Assembly: GCF_001194135.2 (NCBI RefSeq)
Contig: NC_068993.1
Span: 61,279,982 to 61,326,897 of the forward strand
Reading direction: 5' to 3'
From: Octopus bimaculoides
Lineage: Eukaryota
Length of the DNA stretch: 46,916 nucleotides
Shown here: positions 36,319 to 46,916 of the stretch, piece by piece
How the letters are laid out: each line of letters starts with the position of its first letter
Numbering within the stretch: the first letter of the stretch is position 1
Made by a program: the position numbers and the translations under genes
The notes under the pieces: generated by a model
Seen by the model: the letters and a program-made list of their open reading frames with translations, nothing else
What the model was told of the DNA's origin: nothing
Databases searched by the model: none

Positions 36319-36910
36319 CTACTGTAGGGCTGCTTTATAGACAACATTTTTGGTTTTACCTTCAGGAGCATAGATGAATAATTTGTTTGGATGGCCAACT
36401 CTTGAACAACTGATGTAGAAAGTATGACATTCGAAGGTTCAATCCGACAACTTTCAGCAATTGATCTTATGCTTTGTTAACTGTCATGGTGAAGCTGAGT
36501 TTGAGAGGGAACTGAAGTCTCCGCATACGGTAGGGGCAGTCTGTTGGGGTCAGCAGAATTTTCAGATTAAAAACGGTATTGTTTTTGCCATGTCCCATGA
36601 TAATTTGAGCTTCAATGAATGACATGGTCCATCATTTGATTGACCCCATGGTGAGTTCCATTGCATAGTGTGGGTGCATTTGGATTGCATAGGAGGATGG
36701 CAGGGCAACCGACTTTTAAGTGAAGTTGATGGGGAGGGAATCCTGGAGGATGGTGGGAGTTGAGAAATTCTGTTAGAAAGTGTGTCACCTGATTGAGGTC
36801 GGTAATGGTGTCAACTGATCTGTAACAACATTCTTGAGAAGGTATCTGACTGAGTAAGTCATAGTTAAGAGTGGTGACCGCTGAATTTGTAGGTGCAAAA
36901 ACAGCCTTGT
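36319..36910 (-). mobile_element. Helitron Pif1 helicase fragment (C-terminal motifs)
   Basis: Minus strand: KAVFAPTN...EFLNS..PPGFPPHQLHLKVG...LCNGT...RRLQFPLKLSFTMTVNKA...SRVG...KTKNVVYKAALQ*. Confidence 0.9.
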
Positions 36911-38248
36911 GCTAATGTGCAAATATCAGAAGTTTGCAGTGAATGGGCATTGTAAAAACTGTACAACTGTCACAACTTTGTAAGAGTAAAAGCAGAGAAT
37001 ATATATAATGTGGATTAATTCCTGAAGGCATTTAAAAAATATTTAAAAGTCGATTTAAACTGCATGTCTACCTCAAGGAAGTGCTAATGTGCAAATATCA
37101 GCAGCTTGCAGTGAATGGGCATTGTAAAAACTGTGGTAGAAGACAAAGTGTATGAAGCATACCTACGTCATCAAGAAGCAATGATTGTTGGTATTTGTTA
37201 TTTATCCATAAGAAGGTGTTTACATCCCCTAGGGGCGGCATTACTCATTATGTGAAAAATATGAAGAGTTTATGACCATCTCTGAAATATAAGTGATATA
37301 TGTTCCCAGCATGAACAAAACTGGATTAAAAATATTGATTTTAAGGGGATCAAGAAAAAGGCCTGTACAAACACACACATCTTCCTTTTTATTATATTTA
37401 AGATATATATATATATATATTTATACATGTGTGTGTGTGTAAATGTATATCTCCCTGCGGTGTATATGTATATACATGGCTATAAGTGTATATGATTGAG
37501 TGTGGTTGTGTCATATTTCACTACATTCTCACTTCTGTGTATGTGATTCTATGCAGCTAAGTTTAAGTGTTGATCTTACATTTCATTGTGTGAGAAAGCA
37601 TTTTGAGGTGTGGTTAGAGAATATGACTCAAATTTTATGCATGCTCTTGTGACCTATAAACCTTATTTCAAGCTTATTATTTCCCAATACTGTCTCTTGT
37701 CTTATTCTTTATATTTCCCACTGCTTCTTCCCCTTTTAATTCATTTCTTTTCTGTTCTATCACAATTATGTGGGTGCGAGAGTATCTTTTAACTTTTATC
37801 CTTTGTCTTTCATGTGTGTTTCAGTCACTAGACTGCGGCCATGCTGGAGCACCATCTTGAAGAATTTTAGTCAAATGAATCAATTCCAACGCTCATTTTT
37901 ATTTTATTCGATCAGTGCCTTCTGCCAAACCACTAAGTTGTGAGGACGTAAACACACCAACACTGGTTGTCAAGCAGTGGCAGGGGACAAACACATCCAC
38001 ACATACATATATATATATATTCTTCTATTCTTTTACTCTTTTACTTGTTTCAGTCATTTGACAGTGGCCATACTAGAGCACCACCTTTAGTCAAGTAAAT
38101 TGACCCCAGGACTTATTCTTTGTAAGCCTAGTATTTATTCTATCAGTCTCTTTTGCCAAACCACTAGGTTACAGGGACGTAAACACACCAGCATTGGTTG
38201 TCAAGCAATGTTGGTAGGACAAACACAGACACACAAACACACATACAT

Positions 38249-38740
38249 TTATTCAATAGAATCGCCATTAGCTTCAATCATGGCCTCTAGACAACTTTGG
38301 AATCTCCTGCAATTCTTCTGAATGGTCTCCTTCTTTAAGTTGGTGAATGCTGCCATAATACTTGCCTTCAGTTCATCTTTGGTGTTACAAGGAGTTTTGT
38401 TGATCTCTCACTCAACTATGCCCCACACATAATAATCAAGGGGGTTGCAGTCTGGAGAGTTAGGTGGCCAGATGTTAGGGGTGATGTGGTCACAGAATTT
38501 GTCTGACAGCCATGACTGGGTTCTCCTGCTTGTATGGCATGGTGCAGAGTCCTGTTACCAGACATAGGATCTTCCAGCAGCCACCCTCTTGAGCTAGGGT
38601 AGCACTACCTCCTCCAGACACTTGATGTAGGCTTCTGTGTTGAGTCTGAGACCGTGTGGGAAGATGAATAGAGGCATAACGTCACCATCACTAGTGATCA
38701 CTCCAAACACCATGAGGTTTACTGGATGTTTGATTTTTAT
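38249..38740 (-). mobile_element. maT-type (DD37D) transposase C-terminal fragment
   Basis: MVFGVITSDG...QDSAPCH...WPPNSPDCNPLDY...EAMIEANGDSIE*. 37 residues between the last two catalytic Asp; three internal stops. Confidence 0.85.
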
Positions 38741-39057
38741 CCCTCTTGGCAGATGTTTTAGGGATTCAGATTGACATCTAGCACTCTGAAATATTCATAT
38801 TGGAGCTTCTGGCACAAATGCTAAACAGTACAGCATGTCATTTCCAAATTTCTGTCAGAGTGAATTGTATCATGGTGCTGTTTTTCTCACAGATTGTGCC
38901 CAACTATACTGTGCAGTCAACAAAATCAAAAACAAACAATGTGCATGCACAAAATTAAAATTATAAAATGGCAACAATTTACCCATCACACCCTGTACAC
39001 ACATACACACACACTCACATATACGTATATAAAATGAGAAAAATTGCCTATCCACTG

Positions 39058-39682
39058 AAGACAGTGGGTAGGCAAAGGAGAAACAATGGCATCCCAGGCT
39101 GAAAATGGTCTTCACCCACATAAGGTGTGGTTATCTGTTTGATGAGATATGAAGGGTTTAGTCCACTTTGAACTTATAAAACCAAACCAAACAATAACAG
39201 AGGAGACCAACTGTGAGCAACTTGAGTGGCTTAAGTCAGGGCTAGAATAAAAACGACTATCTTTGGTTTCAAGACGAAAGGTGTTCTTCCATCAGGATGA
39301 TTAATGCTCGGCCACATACAGCAAGAATTACATTCCAAAGACTGGAGCAGTTTGAATGGGAAATGATGCTCCACCCACCATATTCGCCGGTCATTGCTCC
39401 ATCTGATTATCATTTATTCCACAGTGTTCAAAATAATTTGGACAGAAAAAATAGGAATTCTGTAGACAAGGTGAGAACATTACTGGAGGAGTATTTTTCA
39501 TCATAGACAAGTGAATTTTGGAAGAGGGGCCTTGCAAATCTACCAGATAAGATGGAAGAGCAATGTAGAAAATGAAGGAGAGTATATCTTAGATTAGAAA
39601 AGAACTTTGCTTATTTTAATTGTGAAAAATAAAAAATAAAAAGTATAAAAAAACCCACATTATTTATGGACTGCCCCAATAT
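39058..39682 (+). mobile_element. Mariner 3' half with terminal repeat
   Basis: RQWVGKGE...NARPHTA...HPPYSPVIAPSDYHLF; ends ...ATTTATGGACTGCCCCAATA running into a (TA)n tract. Confidence 0.9.
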
Positions 39683-39957
39683 ATATATATATATATATAT
39701 NNNNNNNNNNNNNNNNNNNNNNNNNNNNNNNNNNNNNNNNNNNNNNNNNNNNNNNNNNNNNNNNNNNNNNNNNNNNNNNNNNNNNNNNNNNNNNNNNNNN
39801 NNNNNNNNNNNNNNNNNNNNNNNNNNNNNNNNNNNNNNNNNNNNNNNNNNNNNNNNNNNNNNNNNNNNNNNNNNNNNNNNNNNNNNNNNNNNNNNNNNNN
39901 NNNNNNNNNNNNNNNNNNNNNNNNNNNNNNNNNNNNNNNNNNNNNNNNNNNNNNNNN

Positions 39958-39995
<38 letters not shown>

Positions 39996-41904
39996 TACAT
40001 ATAACGAAAATGGAGAGTTTGATCACAGATAAAATCAATTTATTAATATAATAGGTTTTTATTGCCCACATAGGATAAAATATACGTTTAATAAATTCAA
40101 ATAAATAAAATTAAATAGACATTGTAGGAATAGGTATAATAGATATAATTAAATAGACATTATGTGAATAAATAAATGTCTAGAACCAATGATGTTGTAT
40201 TAATCAAATAGCGGAATACACATTGAGACCCTTACTATTAGCTGATGTATCAAAATAAATAATTTAACAATTGTATTAAATAAATGAGGGATAGAGAACT
40301 TGTTAGATTCATAAGAGAAAAGAAATATATATATTCTTAATTGCTAAATCCACAAGTTTTAATTTAATTCTCTCTTTCTTTATTTTCTCTTATTCCTTTC
40401 TATTGAAGAGCATATATGTATGTGTTTGTGTGTGTGCGTATGTATGTGTACGTGTATATGTATATATACAAATATATATGAATGTGTGTGTATATGTGTA
40501 TACGCAAGTACCTGTAGGCGTGCATGCATGTGACTGTAAATGCACGTGCGCCTGTGTGTACATATGTGCATGTGCTGCATATGTACATGTATGCGCATGC
40601 ATATGTGTGTATGAATACATTTACGGATTCGAGTGAGCATGCATGTATATATATGTATGTTTATGTATAGGTGTATGTATATGTCTGTATATATATGTGT
40701 GTGTGTGTATATGCATGTATACATATTCGCACATGTATATGTATGTGAGTGCATGCATACGTATGTCATTATGCCTTCTTTCCTCCTCTCTGATTCCTAC
40801 CTACCACTAACCTATCACAGACGTCTATTTATAGTAATTTCACATCTTTGTATTCTTCCCTCCACTTCAAATTTTACTACCAAAACTACTATTCACTTCA
40901 GTATCACCCCACCCATACCTTTTCTATGGTAGAGTTTTGCAACAGGCTATACTCCACTAAATGGCCCCAAGGTTTAGGTGAATGACAGATTAATTATACG
41001 AAGAGGACGGGTTTCCATAACTTCTACGGACAAGATTTTGGTTGATCCGAACCCATAGAAGAAGATATTTGCCCAAGGTGCTGCGCTGTGAGTTCGAACC
41101 TGAAACTATGTAGTCGAAAGTGGCAGGAAACACAAATAATTAACCACAGATTTTCCCTTCGCAGGGCATTAATTATGTAACCAAATACTGCAAAGCATTT
41201 TGCCAGAAACCATGTGGTGTCCATTACGTAACTGCTATCCTCGTACTAATATTGCCAATGCTGGTTTCTTCCTTATAAAATTAATTTTTCAAATTAATAA
41301 TTTCAATGTCATCTCATATTTCTACTTTTTCAAGGGAGGTAACTATAAATTTATTCAAGGGACACAACTCTATAATTGCTTTATATTTTAAATCGAAGCA
41401 GTTACAACTTTGTTTCACCGGACACTTCTTTCCCTTATGTAACTATTATTACGCTTAAAATATAATTCCATAGCAGAGCCGTTAAATAAATGAAACTGAG
41501 AAAGTATTAAACAAATATCTCACTGAAGAACTTTTGGTCGCTGTGCTACCGTCAATTTTGTTTGGGGATTCTTGTGGGGTGCCACTGATTTACATTGTGT
41601 CTATTTTAAAGGTTTTTACATTCTGTAACTACACGGGTTTGTATAGAATTTCTGTAATCAATCGATCTGCTAGAAATAGCAGCCAAACCTGTCTCAATCA
41701 CATACTAGTTTTTAAAAATAATGAAAGACATTAAAACAGTAGTTTAAGATTTTACCCTGTTAATATAACCAGGATGTCAAGAAGTGGTGTCATATTCCAG
41801 TATTAAGGAACTAAAGTACTCGACAATTAATTTAATAGGACCCATATTAGTGCCATGAGTTTTTTTTTTTTTTTTTTCTTATAGGAAGAAGCAAACGGAA
41901 AATT

Positions 41905-42390
41905 TGAATGTCTTGCTTCCCTGGGCATAGATACATTAAAGCTCCAATGTCTGGCAACTAACTTGGTAAACAGCTACAAGATTATTTGCCATCTTTCCAA
42001 CAACAACCTTAGGCACCTTTTTGAATCCCATACACCTAACACCCACGGAAATGCTTACAAAATCAAAAAACAACACAACACCCATCACTTTCAGAAACAT
42101 TTTTTCCATATGCAGAATTGCTGAAGCATGGAAGAAACTACCCGCATCAGTGGTTAGCTGCCAAGACACTACATCCTTCAAAACTTCCATGCTTCCTGAA
42201 ATTTGCCAACAGTGCACCTGATGTCCCCACTCACATTTTTTTTTAAATGACTCCTTCGCTGTTCACTTTCTGCGCATTATTCTATGCACTGTTTGTGCAC
42301 TTTTGACAACTTTTCCTGATGAGTTGCAGTGCACCTGAGCACTGTATACAATAAGTTCATCATCATTATTCTTATTATTATCATTATTGC
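41905..42390 (+). mobile_element. CR1-type LINE 3' end
   Basis: LASLGIDTLKL...YKII...THGNAYKI...RIAEAWKKLPASVV...SFK, then a TGCAGTGC/GCACTGTA stem-loop and an (ATT/ATC)n tail. Confidence 0.8.
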
Positions 42391-42494
42391 CTTTGAACAG
42401 CTTCTAACGCTGGAGATGTGCTACGGTGTCAGCTGTTCACTACCAATGAACTAAGGTAACACCTCTTATTTTTCGAGCATTTTCCGGAGTGCAT

Positions 42495-42533
<39 letters not shown>

Positions 42534-42673
42534 GCTTCTTTCAGTTTCCGTCTACCAAATCCACTCACAAGGCTTTGATCAGTCCAAGGCTCAAGGTGCC
42601 ACACAGTGGGACTGAACCCAGAACCATGTGCTTGGGAAGCAAACTTCTTACCACACAGCAATATCTGTGCCTA

Positions 42674-42711
<38 letters not shown>

Positions 42712-42719
42712 TATATTAT

Positions 42720-42752
<33 letters not shown>

Positions 42753-43473
42753 CAGGCACACATACACACACAAAAAACAGGGGGGGATGGTCATGGTTAG
42801 AACACCTTTGATTATAGATCTGCTCAGTCAAAGCTGATTTGGGCCAAGATAACAATTCCTGCATTTAGTGAGTGTGAAAATGTCTGAGAGCACAGCCCTT
42901 CTTAATTAAGCAAATATATCAAAAAAGAAAAACAAATGAGATAAGGGTCAGGTAAAACTGAAGTGTTTTCTAACTTATGGTTGCCTCCTCCTCCTCCTCC
43001 ATCTCTCCCCCACCTGCTTAGTTTGTTACTCGTTAATCTGAGGTAGGTGGGTACTGGTGCTAACCCCCTCCTCCACCCCCACCGGTATCTTTTCTTCCAT
43101 GGCTTTGCTAGACAGGGAGATGGGAATGACTGCGACAGAGTGGGAATAATGAAATTAATGTTCGTTTGTAATTGTTATACGTTTGTGGTTGAGGCCGGAT
43201 GTTCTGGAGAAGAAAAAAAGGCATTCAGTATGGAGAGTGGAGGAGTGAAAGAAATGGTGGAGGTGTTGGAGAAAAAAAGAGTATGAGGAGGTGGATGCAG
43301 AGGAGATTTAGTGGAAGAGGTAAGAGGTAATGTGGTAACAGAGTCAGCAGGTTCAGATAAGCAAAGACCATGTTAGAAGCATTAGCAGAGGGAGAGAAAG
43401 AACAAAACTCTATTCATACGTGGCAGACTTTATGCTCCTGTCTTGGTTGATATGTACTACAGCTGGTACTTAC

Positions 43474-43523
43474 CTGAGAGCATTGCTGGTTCCTCCGTAG
43501 GAGCCACAGAAATAATTAAATTA
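43474..43523 (-). other. Candidate 50-nt orphan exon of an unidentified gene
   Basis: Acceptor TTTGATTTTTGTTTTCTCAG and consensus donor CAG|GTAAGT. One frame is open (NLIISVAPTEEPAMLS); the other two contain TAA. Confidence 0.5.
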
Positions 43524-43586
43524 CTGAGAAAACAAAAATCAAAGCCTGATGGAGGTGATGAATGTAAAATTTCAGAACCAAAAATT

Positions 43587-43951
43587 AGTTCTGTATTTAA
43601 GAGATGAGGAATTATGTACATTATTTACATTATTTACATTTGACAGATATTTGTCCTCATCTTGTTTGTTGTTAAACACAACGTTTGTAAGCCCTAAAAT
43701 TCACTCCATAATTGTCCACGGGCATATGGTTAAGAGTGTGGGCTACTAATTCCAAAATTCTGATTTCATTTCCAGGCAGTGACCTGAACAATAATAATAA
43801 TAGCATCGAAAAATACCTTAGGAATGAGAACTCAGGTTCGAAATTTCCCCAAGACACCTGATGGAGGCTGTAGGGTATATCAGCCGAAACATTGTGTTAA
43901 CAACAAACAAGATGAGGACAAATATCTGTCTAATGTAAATAATGTACATAA
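43587..43951 (+). mobile_element. tRNA-like-headed, Penelope-like repeat with an inverted partial copy and a degenerate hammerhead motif
   Basis: 43612-43686 is a near-perfect reverse complement of 43886-43951. The forward part carries GGTTAAGAGTGTGGGCTACTAA (tRNA-like) and GACAC-CTGATGG-A-GGCTG-N10-CAGCC-GAAACATT-GTGTT. Confidence 0.65.
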
Positions 43952-44559
43952 ATCAGTTAAAACCAATGTTAGATTATATTTAGGATGGGAGGGGGATTGA
44001 AAAAGGTAATCAAAGATATTTCTGTTGGATGGGAATCCCTATTCTTGAATGAACCTGTGTAATTCCAGACTTGAATATCTTTGAAGAAACTCCATTTTAC
44101 GGAATACATCATCATCATTAACATCATTAACATTTTAATAACCACTTTTCCCTGCTTTCATGAGTTGGACAGAATTTACTGAGGTGGATTTTCTATGATT
44201 AGATGCCCTTCCTGTCACCAACACTCACCTGTTTCCAATATATTTGCCCCATGGCCAGACATGTTTTAGTGGAAAATTGAAAATGAATGACACTGCTTGT
44301 ATGACAGTGACACTCATTTACAGCTATCATGTGATGTCATGACAAAAAGACATAAACATAAACAACATAAACACACATGCATGCACATAAACACACGTAT
44401 ATGCACATATGAATATATAGAGACACAGACAGACACCCACATACACACGTTATGTAAATTCCAGCCAAGATCTCATTATTGAGACATTGGATTTCCTATC
44501 AGTGGGGTTTCCTGACAACACTGGAATCCAGAGGAAAGCTGTTTTCCACATCAGAGCAT

Positions 44560-45030
44560 ATTTTTTCTTTGTCATGGCATGTTGTATCCTTGAGCAAGAC
44601 ATTTTATTCCCCATTGCTCCAGTCCACCCAGCTGACAAAAATGATTTCTACCTGTAATTCAAAAGGGGCCAATGAGTGTCAGTGTCACACTGTATCTCCC
44701 TGAGAACTACATTAACCCTTCAGCACTCAAATTACTCTGTCAAAGATTTATTTATTCACTTCATTTTGAATTAAGCATGCATTATCTTGAAGTTTAGAGA
44801 TTTCGATGATGCAATTGTTTATTTTTAAGAATGACATTGTAGGTTTGGTGCGAGAGGCTGGATCTGGCCAATTTGAACATAAAGCAAGTAGAAAATCTTG
44901 GCTGGATATGGCCGGTTTAAATGCTAAAGGGTTAAGGGTATGTGTGTCTGTGGAGGGCTCAATTTCATGAGTAGGTTGATTGATTGATCGGATCAACTGG
45001 AACACCCTCATCATCGTAACTGACAAAATG
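44560..45030 (+). mobile_element. SINE of the 2130-type family, split by the MITE
   Basis: CCTTGAGCAAGACA...CCTGTAATTCAAAAGGGGCC...GAGAACTACA[MITE]GGGTATGTGTGTCTGTGGAG...GATCGGATCAACTGGAAC. Confidence 0.8.
44712..44935 (+). mobile_element. piggyBac-type MITE inserted in a SINE
   Basis: TTAA (44712-44715), CCCTTCAGCAC...AATGCTAAAGGG, TTAA (44932-44935). The uninterrupted host site GAGAACTACGTTAAGGGTAC is seen at 2385-2404. Confidence 0.9.
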
Positions 45031-45037
45031 CCAGCTC

Positions 45038-45071
<34 letters not shown>

Positions 45072-46808
45072 TGTGTGGCTGATTGTTGAAAAAGTTCATT
45101 TTTTTAATTTCGAGTGTATATTTCCAGAGTTAAACAACACCAGCAAAAACCAAATATTGTAAACGAAGAACAACAATAACAGAAAGAAAAAACAGAAAGA
45201 CTAGAAAACATAAATACAAACGTACACACATATACACATCACACTCATACACACACACACACACACACACATACACACACACACTCATACATACATACAT
45301 ACATGCAATCATGTGCGTATGTGTGTGTATATATGCGTGTATATGTGTTTGTGTGTCTTTGTGTGTGTGTGTGTTTATGTGTGTGTATTTTTAACTATCT
45401 TCTCCATCCTTCCTGTCCTGCTTCTTTTTTCTTTCTTGTTGCTGTTGTCGTTGTTGTTGTTGTAGATGTTATTCAACAGTATAGTTGTTCTTCTTATTGC
45501 TGTTGTTCTTACAATTGTTGTTGTTGTTGTTGTTGTTTAACCCTGGAAACATATACTCAAAACAATAAATAAATAAAGGTTTTTTTTTTTTAACAATTTC
45601 CTCACAAATTAATGATGTTACACTCACTGGTTCAACACAAAACCTTGTTTGTTTGTTCAGTTATTTTTGGTTAAGTAATGGAGATTTTGGTGAGCAGAAG
45701 CAAGAGAGAAATGGAATGGTAAATCTGCAACTCAGTTTCAATTACCAGTAATATCTCTTTCATTCCATTTACATAAGCAGTCATTGTTGTTGTGGTTGTT
45801 GTTGCGATTGTTTTTTAGCCACATATCAGTTTCTATGCAAAAAGACTATGAGGAAAGAGGTGATGGTCATGGTAAGAATGTTGTTGTTGTTGCTGCTGTT
45901 GCTGTTGTGTTGTTTAGCTCCAAAACAGCCTTACAGTCAAAGACGTTCCACTTGTGACCATCATGTCTCGCAGGAACAAATTATCCAGTGTGTCCATTTT
46001 TGAAATGGTAGAGTATGTTTTGAGGGTAATTTAGCAGCTATTTTTTGCGGAACATGTTTAACCTTTTCATATCTAAACCGACCAAAACTGACCCAAATGT
46101 TCTAGCTCTTTTATGTTCAAACAACCTGAGCTGGTCTCTCACACCTTCTCTGCAATGTCATTCTAAAAATTAGCAATCACATCATCGAAATCTCGGAGCT
46201 ATGGGATTAATTCAAAGCAATTTGAATAAACAAACATTAAATTTGAACACAAAAGAGTCAAACAAAGTCATTACACAAACCATTAGTCCTCATCAAGAAC
46301 ATTTTTTTGTTTTATATTTCTTTCTATATTTATATATAGCTTAATGGGAAAATTTGTATAAACATAAACTGCTCATTATGAAAACAGCAGCACCAAAGAC
46401 GAAATGGCTCCACATCCTGAAGATGAGGCTGAGACAGTCGGGAAATGTTGATGAATTTGGAAATTTTATTGTTCCAGACAAACTTTAAGGTAAAAATTCA
46501 GGCTGTTGTAAATATTCAAATGGCATGCCTTGCATGCAATAATCTTGATGATTGTAGCAGTGTTCCTACTGCTAATGAAGGTGTTGGTAGAGATGGTAAT
46601 GGTGTTGGTGGTGTTGTTGTTGTTGGTGGTGGTGTTTTAGGAATTTGGTGCATACCTTAGAAAAGATCTGAGTCAGCTGAATTAGCAACGGTGACTAATT
46701 GATCTTCTAATGAGTGACACATATGCACATATACATACATACATACATTTACACGCACACACCTAATACACAAACTACATATCGCTTTCTCTTTCTCTCT
46801 CACTCATA

Positions 46809-46839
<31 letters not shown>

Positions 46840-46916
46840 TACTTTACTGATATAAACATTTCAGATACATTACTCAATTCTTTTCACGAACGGCAAATTA
46901 AATGTAGACATAAACT

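Larger units (their letters stand above)
2465..39957. other. Eight assembly gaps: 2465-3131, 3492-4347, 4791-5471, 7882-8138, 16198-17010, 18570-18848, 20260-20310, 39701-39957
   Basis: Runs of N; most abut microsatellites or repeats. Confidence 1.

Noticed and set aside
37163-37281. 119-nt minus-strand exon candidate
   Set aside because: Plausible splice sites but stops in all three frames and no other support.
40186-40250. C/D-box snoRNA-like ATGATGT...CTGA
   Set aside because: Imperfect C box, no convincing terminal stem, and no guide complementarity I can verify.
40070-40330. Mitochondrial insertion (very AT-rich)
   Set aside because: No recognisable mitochondrial gene, rRNA or tRNA sequence.
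45661-45689. 29-nt plus-strand exon candidate (YFWLSNGDF)
   Set aside because: The acceptor lies in a (TTTG)n repeat, there are no partner exons, and the peptide is unrecognised.

Overview
AT-rich eukaryotic genomic DNA with many microsatellites and eight N-gaps. The repeat repertoire suggests a coleoid cephalopod, most likely Octopus (inference, not provable from sequence alone). The only confidently identified gene is a complete four-exon SUMO gene (SUMO2/3-like) on the minus strand: CDS 30287-30270, 23397-23266, 18108-18037, 17137-17069. It encodes 96 aa, [20 protein letters not shown]...VFQQQTGG-GTDC, and has a CCAAT/YY1-type promoter at about 30.35-30.62 kb. The rest is degenerate transposon material: Tc1, mariner, a maT DD37D fragment, two Helitron Pif1 pieces, L1/Tx1, RTE and CR1 fragments, TTAA piggyBac-type MITEs, foldback elements and at least four tRNA-headed SINE families. 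Almost all ORFs in the supplied track are artefacts of gaps, microsatellites or dead transposons. Best leads: (1) a tRNA-headed, Penelope-like repeat with a degenerate minimal hammerhead ribozyme at 43.6-43.95 kb; (2) an orphan 50-nt exon and a CpG pattern that point to a second, unannotated gene in the right third; (3) a candidate poison exon in SUMO intron 1. No CRISPR array, rRNA or true tRNA is supported.
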